Shown here in pieces: positions 50,940 to 59,641 of a stretch of 64,000 nucleotides of DNA; the stretch's first letter is position 1, and each line of letters opens with the position of its first letter. The DNA lies in contig CAVQKE010000003.1 of NCBI GenBank assembly GCA_963713045.1, forward strand, positions 928,001-992,000. Direction: 5' to 3'. The notes under the pieces were generated by a model. It was not told the DNA's origin. It did not search any database and saw nothing but the letters and a program-made list of their open reading frames with translations. The translations under genes and the position numbers were made by a program. The stretch comes from an uncultured delta proteobacterium. GTDB lineage: Bacteria > Myxococcota > Myxococcia > Myxococcales > Myxococcaceae.

Positions 50940-51314
50940 ATGGAAGGGAAGCCGACCCATCCGGGCCGAATCATCGAACAGCACAGCCTGCTGGGCGGTG
51001 TCGACTTGGTCACGCCCACGCCGCGGCGCGGTTCCCGGCGCACCGTCCACGTCGATTCACGTTGGAAGGTGGGGTTTGCGGCCGCCCTGGCGCTGGTGGT
51101 CGAGCACGGAAAGAAGGCCCAGGAACGAGCCGGAATGCCGCCGCGCACACGCTGCCCACGCTGCCAGCGGCTGGGAGATACCCAGCGCGACTTCGGCATT
51201 CGGCTGGTCAGGGGTCGGCCAATTCCGCAGTCCTGGTGTCGGAACTGTCGGTCTGGGCAGAGGGCCCACGGCGGACCAGGCCAGCGCGACTTGCTCGCCC
51301 CCACCGCCGCCTAA
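50940..51314 (+). CDS. Small Zn-ribbon protein with two beta-clamp-binding-like motifs
   Basis: CPRC..DFGIRLVRGRPIPQSWCRNC, with QHSLL near the N-terminus and QRDLL near the C-terminus. 124 aa. Confidence 0.7.
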   Translation: MEGKPTHPGRIIEQHSLLGGVDLVTPTPRRGSRRTVHVDSRWKVGFAAALALVVEHGKKAQERAGMPPRTRCPRCQRLGDTQRDFGIRLVRGRPIPQSWCRNCRSGQRAHGGPGQRDLLAPTAA

Positions 51315-52885
51315 CGCGAGCCCCCGGTGCCATCGCGCTGGCCGGTTGTCACACCTCCGTCGGGCGGGAATGACTCGGGGCAGGCCCGGCTAAAGCCGAC
51401 CGCCAGCGCCCTGCTCAGACCAGTCTCTCCGGGGGGAAGCAGCTCCCGAGCCTGTTTCGCCACCGAGAGGCCCTCGGCACAGTGGCCCGCCGCAGCGAGG
51501 GCCAGCGCGTCAATGCTGAGCACTTCGCCATTCCATGGCGCGAGCTGGGCGGCTCGCTCAGCCAGGACCAGCGCTTCTGGCCGTTGGTCGCGCGAGAGGA
51601 GATTCTGTGCCGCCCGCGCGAGAACCAGCGGGCTATCCGGCAGGAGCTCCACTGCCCGCTTGTAAGCAAGGTAGCGCTCCCCAGCTGGACCGGCCGTATC
51701 CCACAGTGCATCACCGAGCAGCAGCCACGCCCAGCCGTCCCCCGGATGGGCGTCGACTGCGCGACGTGCATGCTCGAGTCGCTGCGGCGGAGGGACCAGA
51801 GGAGCCAGCAGCTGGAGGGCTCCGACGGAGGCCGGGTCGAGCGCCAGCGTGCGGTTGAGTTCGGTAGCGGCTTCACGAAGCAGCTCCTCCCGCTTGGGCG
51901 CAGCCAGCGCCACCTGGGCGTGAAGCAGGTGCAGCTCCGCCTCGGTCAGCGGGCGTGCCGTAATCTCGACGCCCAAGGGTGGCACCTCAATCTCCACCAG
52001 CCGCGGCGTTCCGTTGCGCGAGAACTCCCACAGCGCCGTCCCCAGTTGGTCCGCGACAACGTTCGGAAAGCACCGGGTCCAGCCCTGAGCCACCTCGACA
52101 CGTGCCGCCAACTGCTCCTGCAAACAGCGCAGCTCGGCGGGGTGCGTTGTGAAGAGCCATTCGTAAAGCTGCCAGCTTGCCCCGTACAGCCCCATCGATT
52201 CGCTTTGGGAAAGCCCCATGAACGGCGTGTTCCAGCGGAGGACGTCGATGACGTCGATCGATCGAATGCGCCGGTATTCGATCCACGCCCCAGGGTTGAT
52301 GAGCCCAATGGTGGCTTTGCGGCCATCCTCGGAAAGCTTCAACGACTCAAAAAATTCCGCCTGGCCCTCGGAGAACCAGAGCGGCAGTCGCGGATAAACG
52401 GCCGAGGCAATGTGGTGTGCGAATTCGTGCAGGAGGACCGAGGAAGACCCCTCCTTGGCCAGTTGGAGATGAACCAGGAGTTCGTCTTGCCCCACCACGG
52501 GCGCGCGGCGACGGCCGGTGGGAGCGATGACGGTGTTCTCCGCTCCCATCCGCTGACCCCAGTGGTCGGGGCTGCCCCAGAGGATGATGCGTGGCGGAAG
52601 TGCCGAGTGCGAGTAGATGCCGCGGCTTCCGGCACCAGCGTACCTTTCGAATTCTGCCCGGTCCCGAAAGACGATGATGTCGGCAGGCTCGACGCCAGCC
52701 TCGTGCAGGGGCGGCCACATCGCGGCCACCAGCGCGGCGCGTGTCCGTTCGATTTCGATCGCAGCCTGCATCGCCGTCGCCTGGTCGAGGTCCGTGCGCA
52801 GCGTGAAGTGCACCGACTTAAGCTCTTGCCAGCCTTGGGCCGGGTTGGCGGCGACGACCAGCAAGACCGCGACTGCGTGAAGCAT
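51311..52885 (-). CDS. Secreted zincin-type metallopeptidase (DUF1570/peptidase MA-like) with C-terminal TPRs
   Basis: Signal peptide, LLHEFAHH..PLWFSEGQAE (HExxH plus downstream Glu) and TPR helices. Confidence 0.8.
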   Translation of the reverse strand: MLHAVAVLLVVAANPAQGWQELKSVHFTLRTDLDQATAMQAAIEIERTRAALVAAMWPPLHEAGVEPADIIVFRDRAEFERYAGAGSRGIYSHSALPPRIILWGSPDHWGQRMGAENTVIAPTGRRRAPVVGQDELLVHLQLAKEGSSSVLLHEFAHHIASAVYPRLPLWFSEGQAEFFESLKLSEDGRKATIGLINPGAWIEYRRIRSIDVIDVLRWNTPFMGLSQSESMGLYGASWQLYEWLFTTHPAELRCLQEQLAARVEVAQGWTRCFPNVVADQLGTALWEFSRNGTPRLVEIEVPPLGVEITARPLTEAELHLLHAQVALAAPKREELLREAATELNRTLALDPASVGALQLLAPLVPPPQRLEHARRAVDAHPGDGWAWLLLGDALWDTAGPAGERYLAYKRAVELLPDSPLVLARAAQNLLSRDQRPEALVLAERAAQLAPWNGEVLSIDALALAAAGHCAEGLSVAKQARELLPPGETGLSRALAVGFSRACPESFPPDGGVTTGQRDGTGGSR

Positions 52886-55174
52886 TTAGATGTACCCGTA
52901 GCGGCGCCGAAGGACCCATTCCAGGCCGAGCACAGTCGCCAGAACCAACAGCCATTCCCAGCGGTCCCAGAGGGGCCGGTCTCGACTCCGGCCTACCTCA
53001 ACAATGGGCGGGTCGAGGAGCGGCAGGTCGGGAAGGGACTGCAGCGGCAAGCGGTACACTTTGCCCCCCGTGTCCCGGGCGATCGTGCTCAAGAGGTCCA
53101 TCCGCACCGACGCATCGGTCAGTTCAGGGCCAAGGGTACGTACCGCGACCGCGTCCTCGCCTTCGCCCAGCACGCGGTCGCCAGCTTTTGCCACGGCATG
53201 GACGCGGTAGGCGCCCACCGGCTGCGACGGAAAGCTGACCCGGGCCGTGCCGTCCGCGCCGGTGGTGGTGTGCGCGGTGGCCACGACACGGCGGTCTCGG
53301 ACTGCCGACAATTCGAGCGTGACGGCCGCACCCGCTGCCGGCTGATAGTCCGGCTCGCGGGCGGTCACCACCGCCCCGACAGCCGTCCCCGGCTCAACCG
53401 AGGGCGGCTCGGCAGTGACTTGAAGCGTGGTGAGGTCCGGGTCGCGCACCAGCCAGCGCAGCGCATTGCCCCAAAACCGGTCGTACAGTCGGCTCGGCTC
53501 TCCGTTGCGGTGGACGGTGAAGGCCCACGTCCAGGCATCATCCGTCATCAGCGCCATTGCCCGTCCACGGCCATGCTCCCACAGTGCCAGCACCGGGGCC
53601 GGTTTAGCATCCAGCAGCAGGCCCGGATGGTCGAGGAGCACCGTGGCCCCCGGTTTGGCGCGGACCAGGTTGACGCCGGAGCCAGCGGGCAATTCATCCC
53701 AGGCGGCGAGCGAGGCGGCGGCCGTCGGGAACACGCTGGTCACCGGGTGCCGCTGTCCTTCCGCCGTCAGGTGCACCCGGTAGGGAGCGACGCTCGCCGC
53801 TTGGCCGATTGCGTCGACCGGGAGGGCCCGGTCAAGGATGGGGTAACTGGTCCGTCCGTCACCAAAGGCTCGGTCGCCGCCGATGGCCACCAGAGCCCCG
53901 CCATTGGCAACGTATTGCTCGAGCTTCCTTTCGTATTGGGCGATGGAAAGCTGCGGGTCGGAGTGCCCGAAATTCTGAAAAATCACGACGTCGAAGGTGC
54001 TCAACTTGGCATCGAAAATCTCTTCCATCGGAAACGGAATGAGGGACAGCTCGCGCTCGGGATTGCGCGTCTGTGGGTCGTCACTGCTGGTGCGCAAGAT
54101 GTAAAAGGACACCAAGTCCACATTCGCGTCCTGACGCAAGAGCCCGCGTAGGAAGCGCTCGTCCCAAGACGGCCGCCCCACCACCAGCAGCACGCGCACG
54201 CGGTCGCGAATCACCTTGAGAACGAAGCTGCGAGTGTTGTTCTCGGTGACCGCTTCGCCAGGAAACACGGGCGCGCTGAGCGTGTAGACGAAGCGCCCGG
54301 TTTGGTCTGGGGTAAAGGTGAATGACACGGTCGTCGTCTCGTCGGCTCCGGCGACGTGAATGTTCTTCGTCCCGAGGACCTGGCCCTCGCGCTCCAGCGT
54401 CACTGGCACGTCGCGCCCGGGCAAGCCCCGGACTCGAAGCTCGACTTCCACCGCGACCGCATTTCGAACGAAGGCGAAGTCGTCCACCTTGAGGTTTTCG
54501 AGGGCCAGGTCGAGCAGCGAGGGGTCTCCCACCGGCACCGTGGAGATTGGAAAGCCAAGCGCCGCGAGCTCCGCCTTCACGCGTGGAGAGACCCCCTCTT
54601 GGAGCTCGGCATTGTCCGCCCCATCCGAGAAGAGCAGCACGCCGGACAGCTTGCGGCTTCCCCCGGTATCCGTTGCCCGCAGAGCGCGCAGGGCACCGAG
54701 CAGGTCGGTGCGTGTCCCCTTGGCCGGTGCAGCCCGAAGAATCTCCTCGCTCACCGGGACCAGGGCCGGCTCAAAGCCGAGCACTTCCACGTTGAACCGG
54801 TCCTCCAGGGCTTTGAGCCCCGGCGCAAGGCGTCCCAGCGCCTCGGCCACCGCTGCGGTTCGAGTCCCTCCGCCGGGTGCGACCGGGAGTTCCATCGACG
54901 CGCTCCGGTCCACCAACACCGCCACCCGGTTCTTCACGCGCGCGACTTGAAGCGTGCGCACGCCCGGCTCCAGCAGCAGCGCCAGCGCCGCCGCCGCGGC
55001 GACGGTACGAAGGCCGAGCAGGACGGCGCGTCGGCCGAGCGACGGTTCCCGCCGCAAACCAGCCGCGGCCAGCAGCACGCCCAAGGCCACCGCCAGGCCG
55101 AGCAGCGCGAGGGCCCAACTTGGCAGTGGTGACAGACTCACCAGCTTCCACGCCGTCGAGTCCGCCTCGTTCAT
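52886..55174 (-). CDS. Membrane protein with vWA, Ig-like and GATase-like domains
   Basis: Two N-terminal TMs, MIDAS DRSASM..TD..LFSDG, a class-I GATase-like segment (RVLLVVGRP, DVVIFQN, GGALVAIGG, GRGR) and C-terminal LEW.LRRR. ATG overlaps the DUF4159 stop. Confidence 0.8.
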   Translation of the reverse strand: MNEADSTAWKLVSLSPLPSWALALLGLAVALGVLLAAAGLRREPSLGRRAVLLGLRTVAAAAALALLLEPGVRTLQVARVKNRVAVLVDRSASMELPVAPGGGTRTAAVAEALGRLAPGLKALEDRFNVEVLGFEPALVPVSEEILRAAPAKGTRTDLLGALRALRATDTGGSRKLSGVLLFSDGADNAELQEGVSPRVKAELAALGFPISTVPVGDPSLLDLALENLKVDDFAFVRNAVAVEVELRVRGLPGRDVPVTLEREGQVLGTKNIHVAGADETTTVSFTFTPDQTGRFVYTLSAPVFPGEAVTENNTRSFVLKVIRDRVRVLLVVGRPSWDERFLRGLLRQDANVDLVSFYILRTSSDDPQTRNPERELSLIPFPMEEIFDAKLSTFDVVIFQNFGHSDPQLSIAQYERKLEQYVANGGALVAIGGDRAFGDGRTSYPILDRALPVDAIGQAASVAPYRVHLTAEGQRHPVTSVFPTAAASLAAWDELPAGSGVNLVRAKPGATVLLDHPGLLLDAKPAPVLALWEHGRGRAMALMTDDAWTWAFTVHRNGEPSRLYDRFWGNALRWLVRDPDLTTLQVTAEPPSVEPGTAVGAVVTAREPDYQPAAGAAVTLELSAVRDRRVVATAHTTTGADGTARVSFPSQPVGAYRVHAVAKAGDRVLGEGEDAVAVRTLGPELTDASVRMDLLSTIARDTGGKVYRLPLQSLPDLPLLDPPIVEVGRSRDRPLWDRWEWLLVLATVLGLEWVLRRRYGYI

Positions 55175-55920
55175 CTGCGCTTCTTCAGAATCAGCGGCAA
55201 GTGGACTGCGTCGTCCTTGTAGTCCAGGCACAGCGCGTACATGCAGATGTTGATGCCGGTCCGGACCGCAAGTTCGCGTTGGGCCTCCCCCCCCGGGACC
55301 ACCTCGAAGGCGTAGTCACCGCCTTCATCGCGGGCCCATGCACCGGCCAGGTCATTCTGTGAATACAGGACGGCCGCCCGACCGCCAATCAGGGCGGCCT
55401 GCAACTGGGGGTGGGTGAAGAGCCGTCCCGGTGCCGAGTCCAAAAGGTAGAACGTCTTGAAGACGACGTGATTGGAGGAAAGAGGCTGCAGCGGCGAGGC
55501 GGGAAGCACTCGGGCCATCTCCCGGCGGAAGGCTGCGTCGAAGCCAGTCCCCGACGAGCCGTCGTTGGCATCGGCCAGAACGAAGCCGCCGTAGGTGAGG
55601 TATCTCCGCAGCGTCTCGACCTCCGCTGAAGCCAGCGGCGGGAAGTCCCCGTCGCCTCCAAAGTAGAGGAAGGGAAAGTCGAAGAGGCGCGTGTTGAGCG
55701 CCAAAGGGCGCGCCTCGGCCACCACTTCAACCGACGTGCGTCGCTGGAGCTCCCAGGCGAGCCGGCGCAACCCGGACAGGCGTGCATTCCAACGGCCCCC
55801 GTGCTGCGCCACCGCTGGAACGAAGCGCGAGCCATCCCCGAAGGCGTCAGCCCGCTTCGGCAGCAGCAGAGCCGACAGGGCGGCGAGCACGGCTCGCCGT
55901 GGAAGGGGGGGAATGCCCAT
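55171..55920 (-). CDS. DUF4159 domain protein
   Basis: Possible Tat signal (PRRAVL..ADA), FPFLY, LRRYLTYGGF..AD, NDL.GAW and DYKDD.VH. Confidence 0.88.
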   Translation of the reverse strand: MGIPPLPRRAVLAALSALLLPKRADAFGDGSRFVPAVAQHGGRWNARLSGLRRLAWELQRRTSVEVVAEARPLALNTRLFDFPFLYFGGDGDFPPLASAEVETLRRYLTYGGFVLADANDGSSGTGFDAAFRREMARVLPASPLQPLSSNHVVFKTFYLLDSAPGRLFTHPQLQAALIGGRAAVLYSQNDLAGAWARDEGGDYAFEVVPGGEAQRELAVRTGINICMYALCLDYKDDAVHLPLILKKRR

Positions 55921-55983
55921 AGGGTCTAGGAGAGATACCATCGACGGGCGCGCCCATTCCTGCGCTATAGAGCCCGGGCGCAC

Positions 55984-56247
55984 ATGGCCAAGACCGAAAG
56001 AAGCGAGCAACGAAGCGAGCCCCTCCTGCCGGCATGGCGAGCCCTGGACGCTGGTGACGTGGTGGCGGCGCGCCGTCTGGCAGCGACCGTGGCCCTGGCT
56101 CCTCCCTCACCGGCCGTCGAGGCCGAGGCCAAGGAGCTTCTTCGCCGCACCGACGTGGCATGGCCGGTGCTCGTCTTCGGCGCCCTCGCCCTGGTGTTGG
56201 TGCTCGCTCTCATTCTGCTTGCCGTTGTTCGCAGCGCACACCCGTGA
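55984..56247 (+). CDS. Small membrane protein (C-terminal TM)
   Basis: Helical N-terminus and a single C-terminal hydrophobic segment; its stop overlaps the next GTG. Confidence 0.6.
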   Translation: MAKTERSEQRSEPLLPAWRALDAGDVVAARRLAATVALAPPSPAVEAEAKELLRRTDVAWPVLVFGALALVLVLALILLAVVRSAHP

Positions 56248-56927
56248 ATCCCCCGTGGCTCAGCGACGCACTCAGCGTCTTCCGCAGTCCGGACCCGTCC
56301 GCATGGCTCTCGCTGTCTAGCCGTCTGCCCTGGGTGCTGGCGGCGGCGGCGGCCCTGCTCGGTGCCTTCCTGCTGGTGGCCGGCGGTGGAAAGGCGTTTC
56401 GGGTCATCGCCGCCCCGGTGGGGGCACTGTTGGGCTTACTCTGGGGGGCGGCGTTGGCAGGACCGCTCGGGCTCCCTGCCAGTGAGACGGCCGTCGCCGT
56501 CGGCTCGGCGGTGGTTCTTTTTGGCCTCGGCGCACTGGCGCCGTCGGTGGTCGTGGCCATCGCTTTCGGGGCTCCGGTAGGGCTGGCCTTCGGGGAATTG
56601 GTCGGAAATACGGGCTTTCTCCTGGGCTTCGTTCCGGCAGCCCTTCTGGCAGGTGCCGTGGCTGCCGTGCTGCACCGGCCGCTGCGGGTCCTGGTGGCGG
56701 CAAGCAGCGGAGCGGCGCTGCTCCTGCTCGGCGTGCTGCGGCTGCTGCGCGCAGTTCCGGCGGTGACCGGGCTCACCCTGACGCACCCGGTGTGGCTGCT
56801 CGCCGCCGCAGGCGCACTGGCTTTTGGCGGAGCGGTGGTACAACTCGCGGCCTCGATGAAAACCCACACTGGGGCGCGCAACGGCGACCCTGCGCCGCCG
56901 AGGGCCTGGAAGCGGACCGACGGATGA
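56244..56927 (+). CDS. Multi-pass membrane protein (DUF4203/TM7S3-like)
   Basis: About 7 hydrophobic segments; 4-bp overlaps with both neighbouring genes. Confidence 0.65.
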   Translation: MNPPWLSDALSVFRSPDPSAWLSLSSRLPWVLAAAAALLGAFLLVAGGGKAFRVIAAPVGALLGLLWGAALAGPLGLPASETAVAVGSAVVLFGLGALAPSVVVAIAFGAPVGLAFGELVGNTGFLLGFVPAALLAGAVAAVLHRPLRVLVAASSGAALLLLGVLRLLRAVPAVTGLTLTHPVWLLAAAGALAFGGAVVQLAASMKTHTGARNGDPAPPRAWKRTDG

Positions 56928-58300
56928 GCGCAGCGAAATCGGCCTCCAGCACTCCTGCAGCTTCCGACAATCGCCTTGGGCGACGTGGCTGGCTGGTGCT
57001 CGCCGCGATTGTCATCGTGGTGAACATTCCCTTGATCATCCGGCCCTTTCGCCCCCTCCCCGAGGCGGGCGTGCTTCTCCCTTTTTTCGACACCTTCTCC
57101 GACCCAGGCACGGTGCAGGCGCACTACCACAGCCTCGGGGGCTTCCCGCGGGTGTTGAATGGCGAGCTGCTCTCTCCGGGGACGAAGAACAACCCGCTGT
57201 GGCTAAAGGCCAACCTGCCGGACAACGTGTCGGTGGAATTCGATGCCCGCGCCCCCACCCAGGAGGGAGAAATCCGGGTGGAACTCTTTGGCAACGGGTA
57301 CGACCATCTCTCCGGGTATGAACTTGTTTACGCGCCCTGGGCGGCGGTGGGCGTCCCGGGGCGGCTGCCGGCGACGCTGGTTCGTCTGGATGAGAACGCT
57401 CCCACGCTTCAACGCTGGCAGGAGAAGGCCCGTGCCGCCGGTGCCAACTCGCTGACCGCCGTCGGCTATGGACCGACTTCGGGCGTCCGGGTGGAGGGCC
57501 CACCGGTTTCCATCGAACCGGGTCGTGTTTATCGGATGCGCGTGGAACGCCGGGGCGAGACCCTGCGCTGGTGGGTCGACGGCCAGCGGATTGTTGAGTT
57601 CCGAGACCCTTACCCGTTGCACGGTCCATGGCACGACCGGGTCGGACTTTCCAGCGTCGAGGGAGACGTCTACTACGACAACTTCCGAGTCACGCCTTTG
57701 GACGCTGCTCCCTTCCCCGCCGAGGCGGTGGTGCCTGAGCTTGGACCAGGGCCGTTCAGCGATGACTTCGAGCGGGGTGCGCTGGGAAAGGACTGGCTTG
57801 CCACTGACCCCACGGCGGTGCGTCTGGAAAAAGGCGTCCTCACAGTGGAGCGCGCACACAACCACCCGGTGTGGCTACGGCATCCCATTCCCGAGGACGC
57901 CACCATCGAGTTCGACGCCTGGACCGACAGCCCCGACGGCGACATCAAGGTCGAGGCGTGGGGAGATGGCCGCAGCGCGCACGCCGGGTCGCCCGAGGCG
58001 GCCTATGAAGCCAGCGGATACGTCTTCGTCTTCGGCGGCTGGCGTAACACCAAAAGCGTGCTCGCTCGCCAGCAAGAGCATGGCTCAAACATCGCCGAGC
58101 GCTCGGCACCCATCGTCGAGCCGGGCCGGCATTACCACTGGCTCATTCAGCGCAAGGGCGGCGAGGTCTCCTGGAGCCTCGACGGCAGACCGTTTCTCAA
58201 CTTCAATGACCCGGCGCCGCTGACTGGACCGTCGCACAGCTACTTCGCCTTCTCAGGCTGGGAGTCGCCAGTCCACTTCGACAATCTGCGGATTCGGTAG
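56924..58300 (+). CDS. Membrane-anchored protein with two tandem concanavalin-A-like beta-sandwich domains
   Basis: One TM helix, then two homologous modules (F.D.F..NxPxWL...P.....EFDA....G.I.VE..G.G....YDN/FDN). Confidence 0.75.
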   Translation: MSAAKSASSTPAASDNRLGRRGWLVLAAIVIVVNIPLIIRPFRPLPEAGVLLPFFDTFSDPGTVQAHYHSLGGFPRVLNGELLSPGTKNNPLWLKANLPDNVSVEFDARAPTQEGEIRVELFGNGYDHLSGYELVYAPWAAVGVPGRLPATLVRLDENAPTLQRWQEKARAAGANSLTAVGYGPTSGVRVEGPPVSIEPGRVYRMRVERRGETLRWWVDGQRIVEFRDPYPLHGPWHDRVGLSSVEGDVYYDNFRVTPLDAAPFPAEAVVPELGPGPFSDDFERGALGKDWLATDPTAVRLEKGVLTVERAHNHPVWLRHPIPEDATIEFDAWTDSPDGDIKVEAWGDGRSAHAGSPEAAYEASGYVFVFGGWRNTKSVLARQQEHGSNIAERSAPIVEPGRHYHWLIQRKGGEVSWSLDGRPFLNFNDPAPLTGPSHSYFAFSGWESPVHFDNLRIR

Positions 58301-58429
58301 CGCCTTGGACGTCCTCTCCCCTGCTGGCCGCTGGCCGCAATGGGAACACCCGCGCCGGCCGCGGGAACAACCCGGGGGTTGAGCTAGACCCCGGGCTTCC
58401 CCGGTCCCTTGGACGCTCGCCGGCCACAG

Positions 58430-59581
58430 TCACAACTCCGGCTTGGCGACCACGTCGAAGTCTGGAATCTCGCGGCGCAGGTAGTCGCGCATCCGCCCGA
58501 GGAGTTGTGCCTCAATCTGGCGAGCTCGCTCCCGTGAGACACCAAAGTGCGTGCCGATGTCCTGAAGCGTCATCGGCTCGTCGGCGATGAGGCGCTTGTC
58601 GAAGATGTATTTGTCCTTGCCATCCAGGTCGCGGGCGAAATTGTTGAGTTTGTCTCGAAACAGCCGCTTCACTTCCTCGCTGGCGAGCTGCTCGTCGGCT
58701 CCCTGCACCGAGCTTGCTGGCATGAGGCGCTCGGCACGGGTGGTCTTCCCGTCTTCGCCGATCGGGGCGTCGAGGGACACCTCGTCCTGACCGAGGCGCT
58801 GGTCCATCTCTTCCACGTCCTTCTCGGTGACGTGCAGGCGCTCGGCCAGCAGCTTCGGACTGGGCTCCACGCCCTGAGAGGCCAGCCGCTGCTGCTCCTG
58901 GCGCAACTTGAAGAACAGTTTCCGCTGGGCCTCAGTGGTGCCCAGCTTCACCATCTTCCAGTTGTCCATGATGTAGCGGAGCAAGTAGGCACGAATCCAC
59001 CACGCGGCATAGGTGGACAGCTTCACACCGCGTTCCGGGTCGAACTTCTTGACCGCTTGCATCAGCCCGATGTTGCCTTCCTGGATGAGGTCAAGCAGAG
59101 CAATCGGGTTGCGCTGGTACTCGTGGGCGAGCTTCACCACCAGGCGAAGATTGGCAGACACCAGCTGCGCCGCGGCGTCGAGGTCCCCGGCAGTGCGGTA
59201 GCGACGCGCGAGAGCGGTCTCCGCCTCGCGGCTCAGCAGCGGGTGGCGCTGCACCTCGGCCATGTAGGCCCGCAACGGGTCTGCACGCTCGAGCTCTCGG
59301 GAACCCTCCACCCTCGGCTGGGCGTGGGGTTCTTTGACCACCTCCGCCATCTCGGGCGCTGGAGTCGGCGGCGCTGGAGTCGGCGGAGCCGGCGTTGCCA
59401 CGCGCGTCGATTGGGATTTCACCGGCTGCGCTGGAGTCGGTGGAGCCGGCGTTGCCGCGCGCGTCGGTTGGGATTTCACCGGCTTGACCACCGCCGCTGG
59501 CTTCCGCCGCGACGTGGCTCGCGCCTTCGGCGGGCGGCGCTTCGCTTTGGACGGCGCTTTCGGTGTGCGCGGCGTAGGCAT
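58430..59581 (-). CDS. RNA polymerase sigma factor, sigma-32 (RpoH) family
   Basis: Region 2 NLRLVVK..DLIQEGNIGLM.AV.KFDP, RpoH box QRKLFFKLR and region 4 TLQDIG..FGVSRERARQIE. Low-complexity N-terminal extension. Confidence 0.92.
   Translation of the reverse strand: MPTPRTPKAPSKAKRRPPKARATSRRKPAAVVKPVKSQPTRAATPAPPTPAQPVKSQSTRVATPAPPTPAPPTPAPEMAEVVKEPHAQPRVEGSRELERADPLRAYMAEVQRHPLLSREAETALARRYRTAGDLDAAAQLVSANLRLVVKLAHEYQRNPIALLDLIQEGNIGLMQAVKKFDPERGVKLSTYAAWWIRAYLLRYIMDNWKMVKLGTTEAQRKLFFKLRQEQQRLASQGVEPSPKLLAERLHVTEKDVEEMDQRLGQDEVSLDAPIGEDGKTTRAERLMPASSVQGADEQLASEEVKRLFRDKLNNFARDLDGKDKYIFDKRLIADEPMTLQDIGTHFGVSRERARQIEAQLLGRMRDYLRREIPDFDVVAKPEL
59356..59484. repeat. Tandem 57-bp duplication plus a 15-bp sub-repeat in the sigma-factor N-terminus
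   Basis: 59371-59427 and 59428-59484 are 54/57 identical; 59356-59370 duplicates 59371-59385. Confidence 0.9.
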
Positions 59582-59641
59582 GCGTTACCGGGCCGGGACA
59601 TTGCCAGAGACCCGGCCAGGGATTAAGCCCCCTTTCCACAG

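Noticed and set aside
51482..54151. 889-aa plus-strand ORF
   Set aside because: Antisense shadow of the peptidase and vWA genes, with no motifs. The same applies to 39184-40809 and 46000-47322.
58342..58396. GGGAACACCCGCGCCGGCCGCGGGAACAAC, loosely like a type I-E CRISPR repeat, plus an adjacent CCCGGGG/CCCCGGG hairpin
   Set aside because: Single copy, with no spacers or cas genes. Better explained as GC-rich hairpins between convergent genes.
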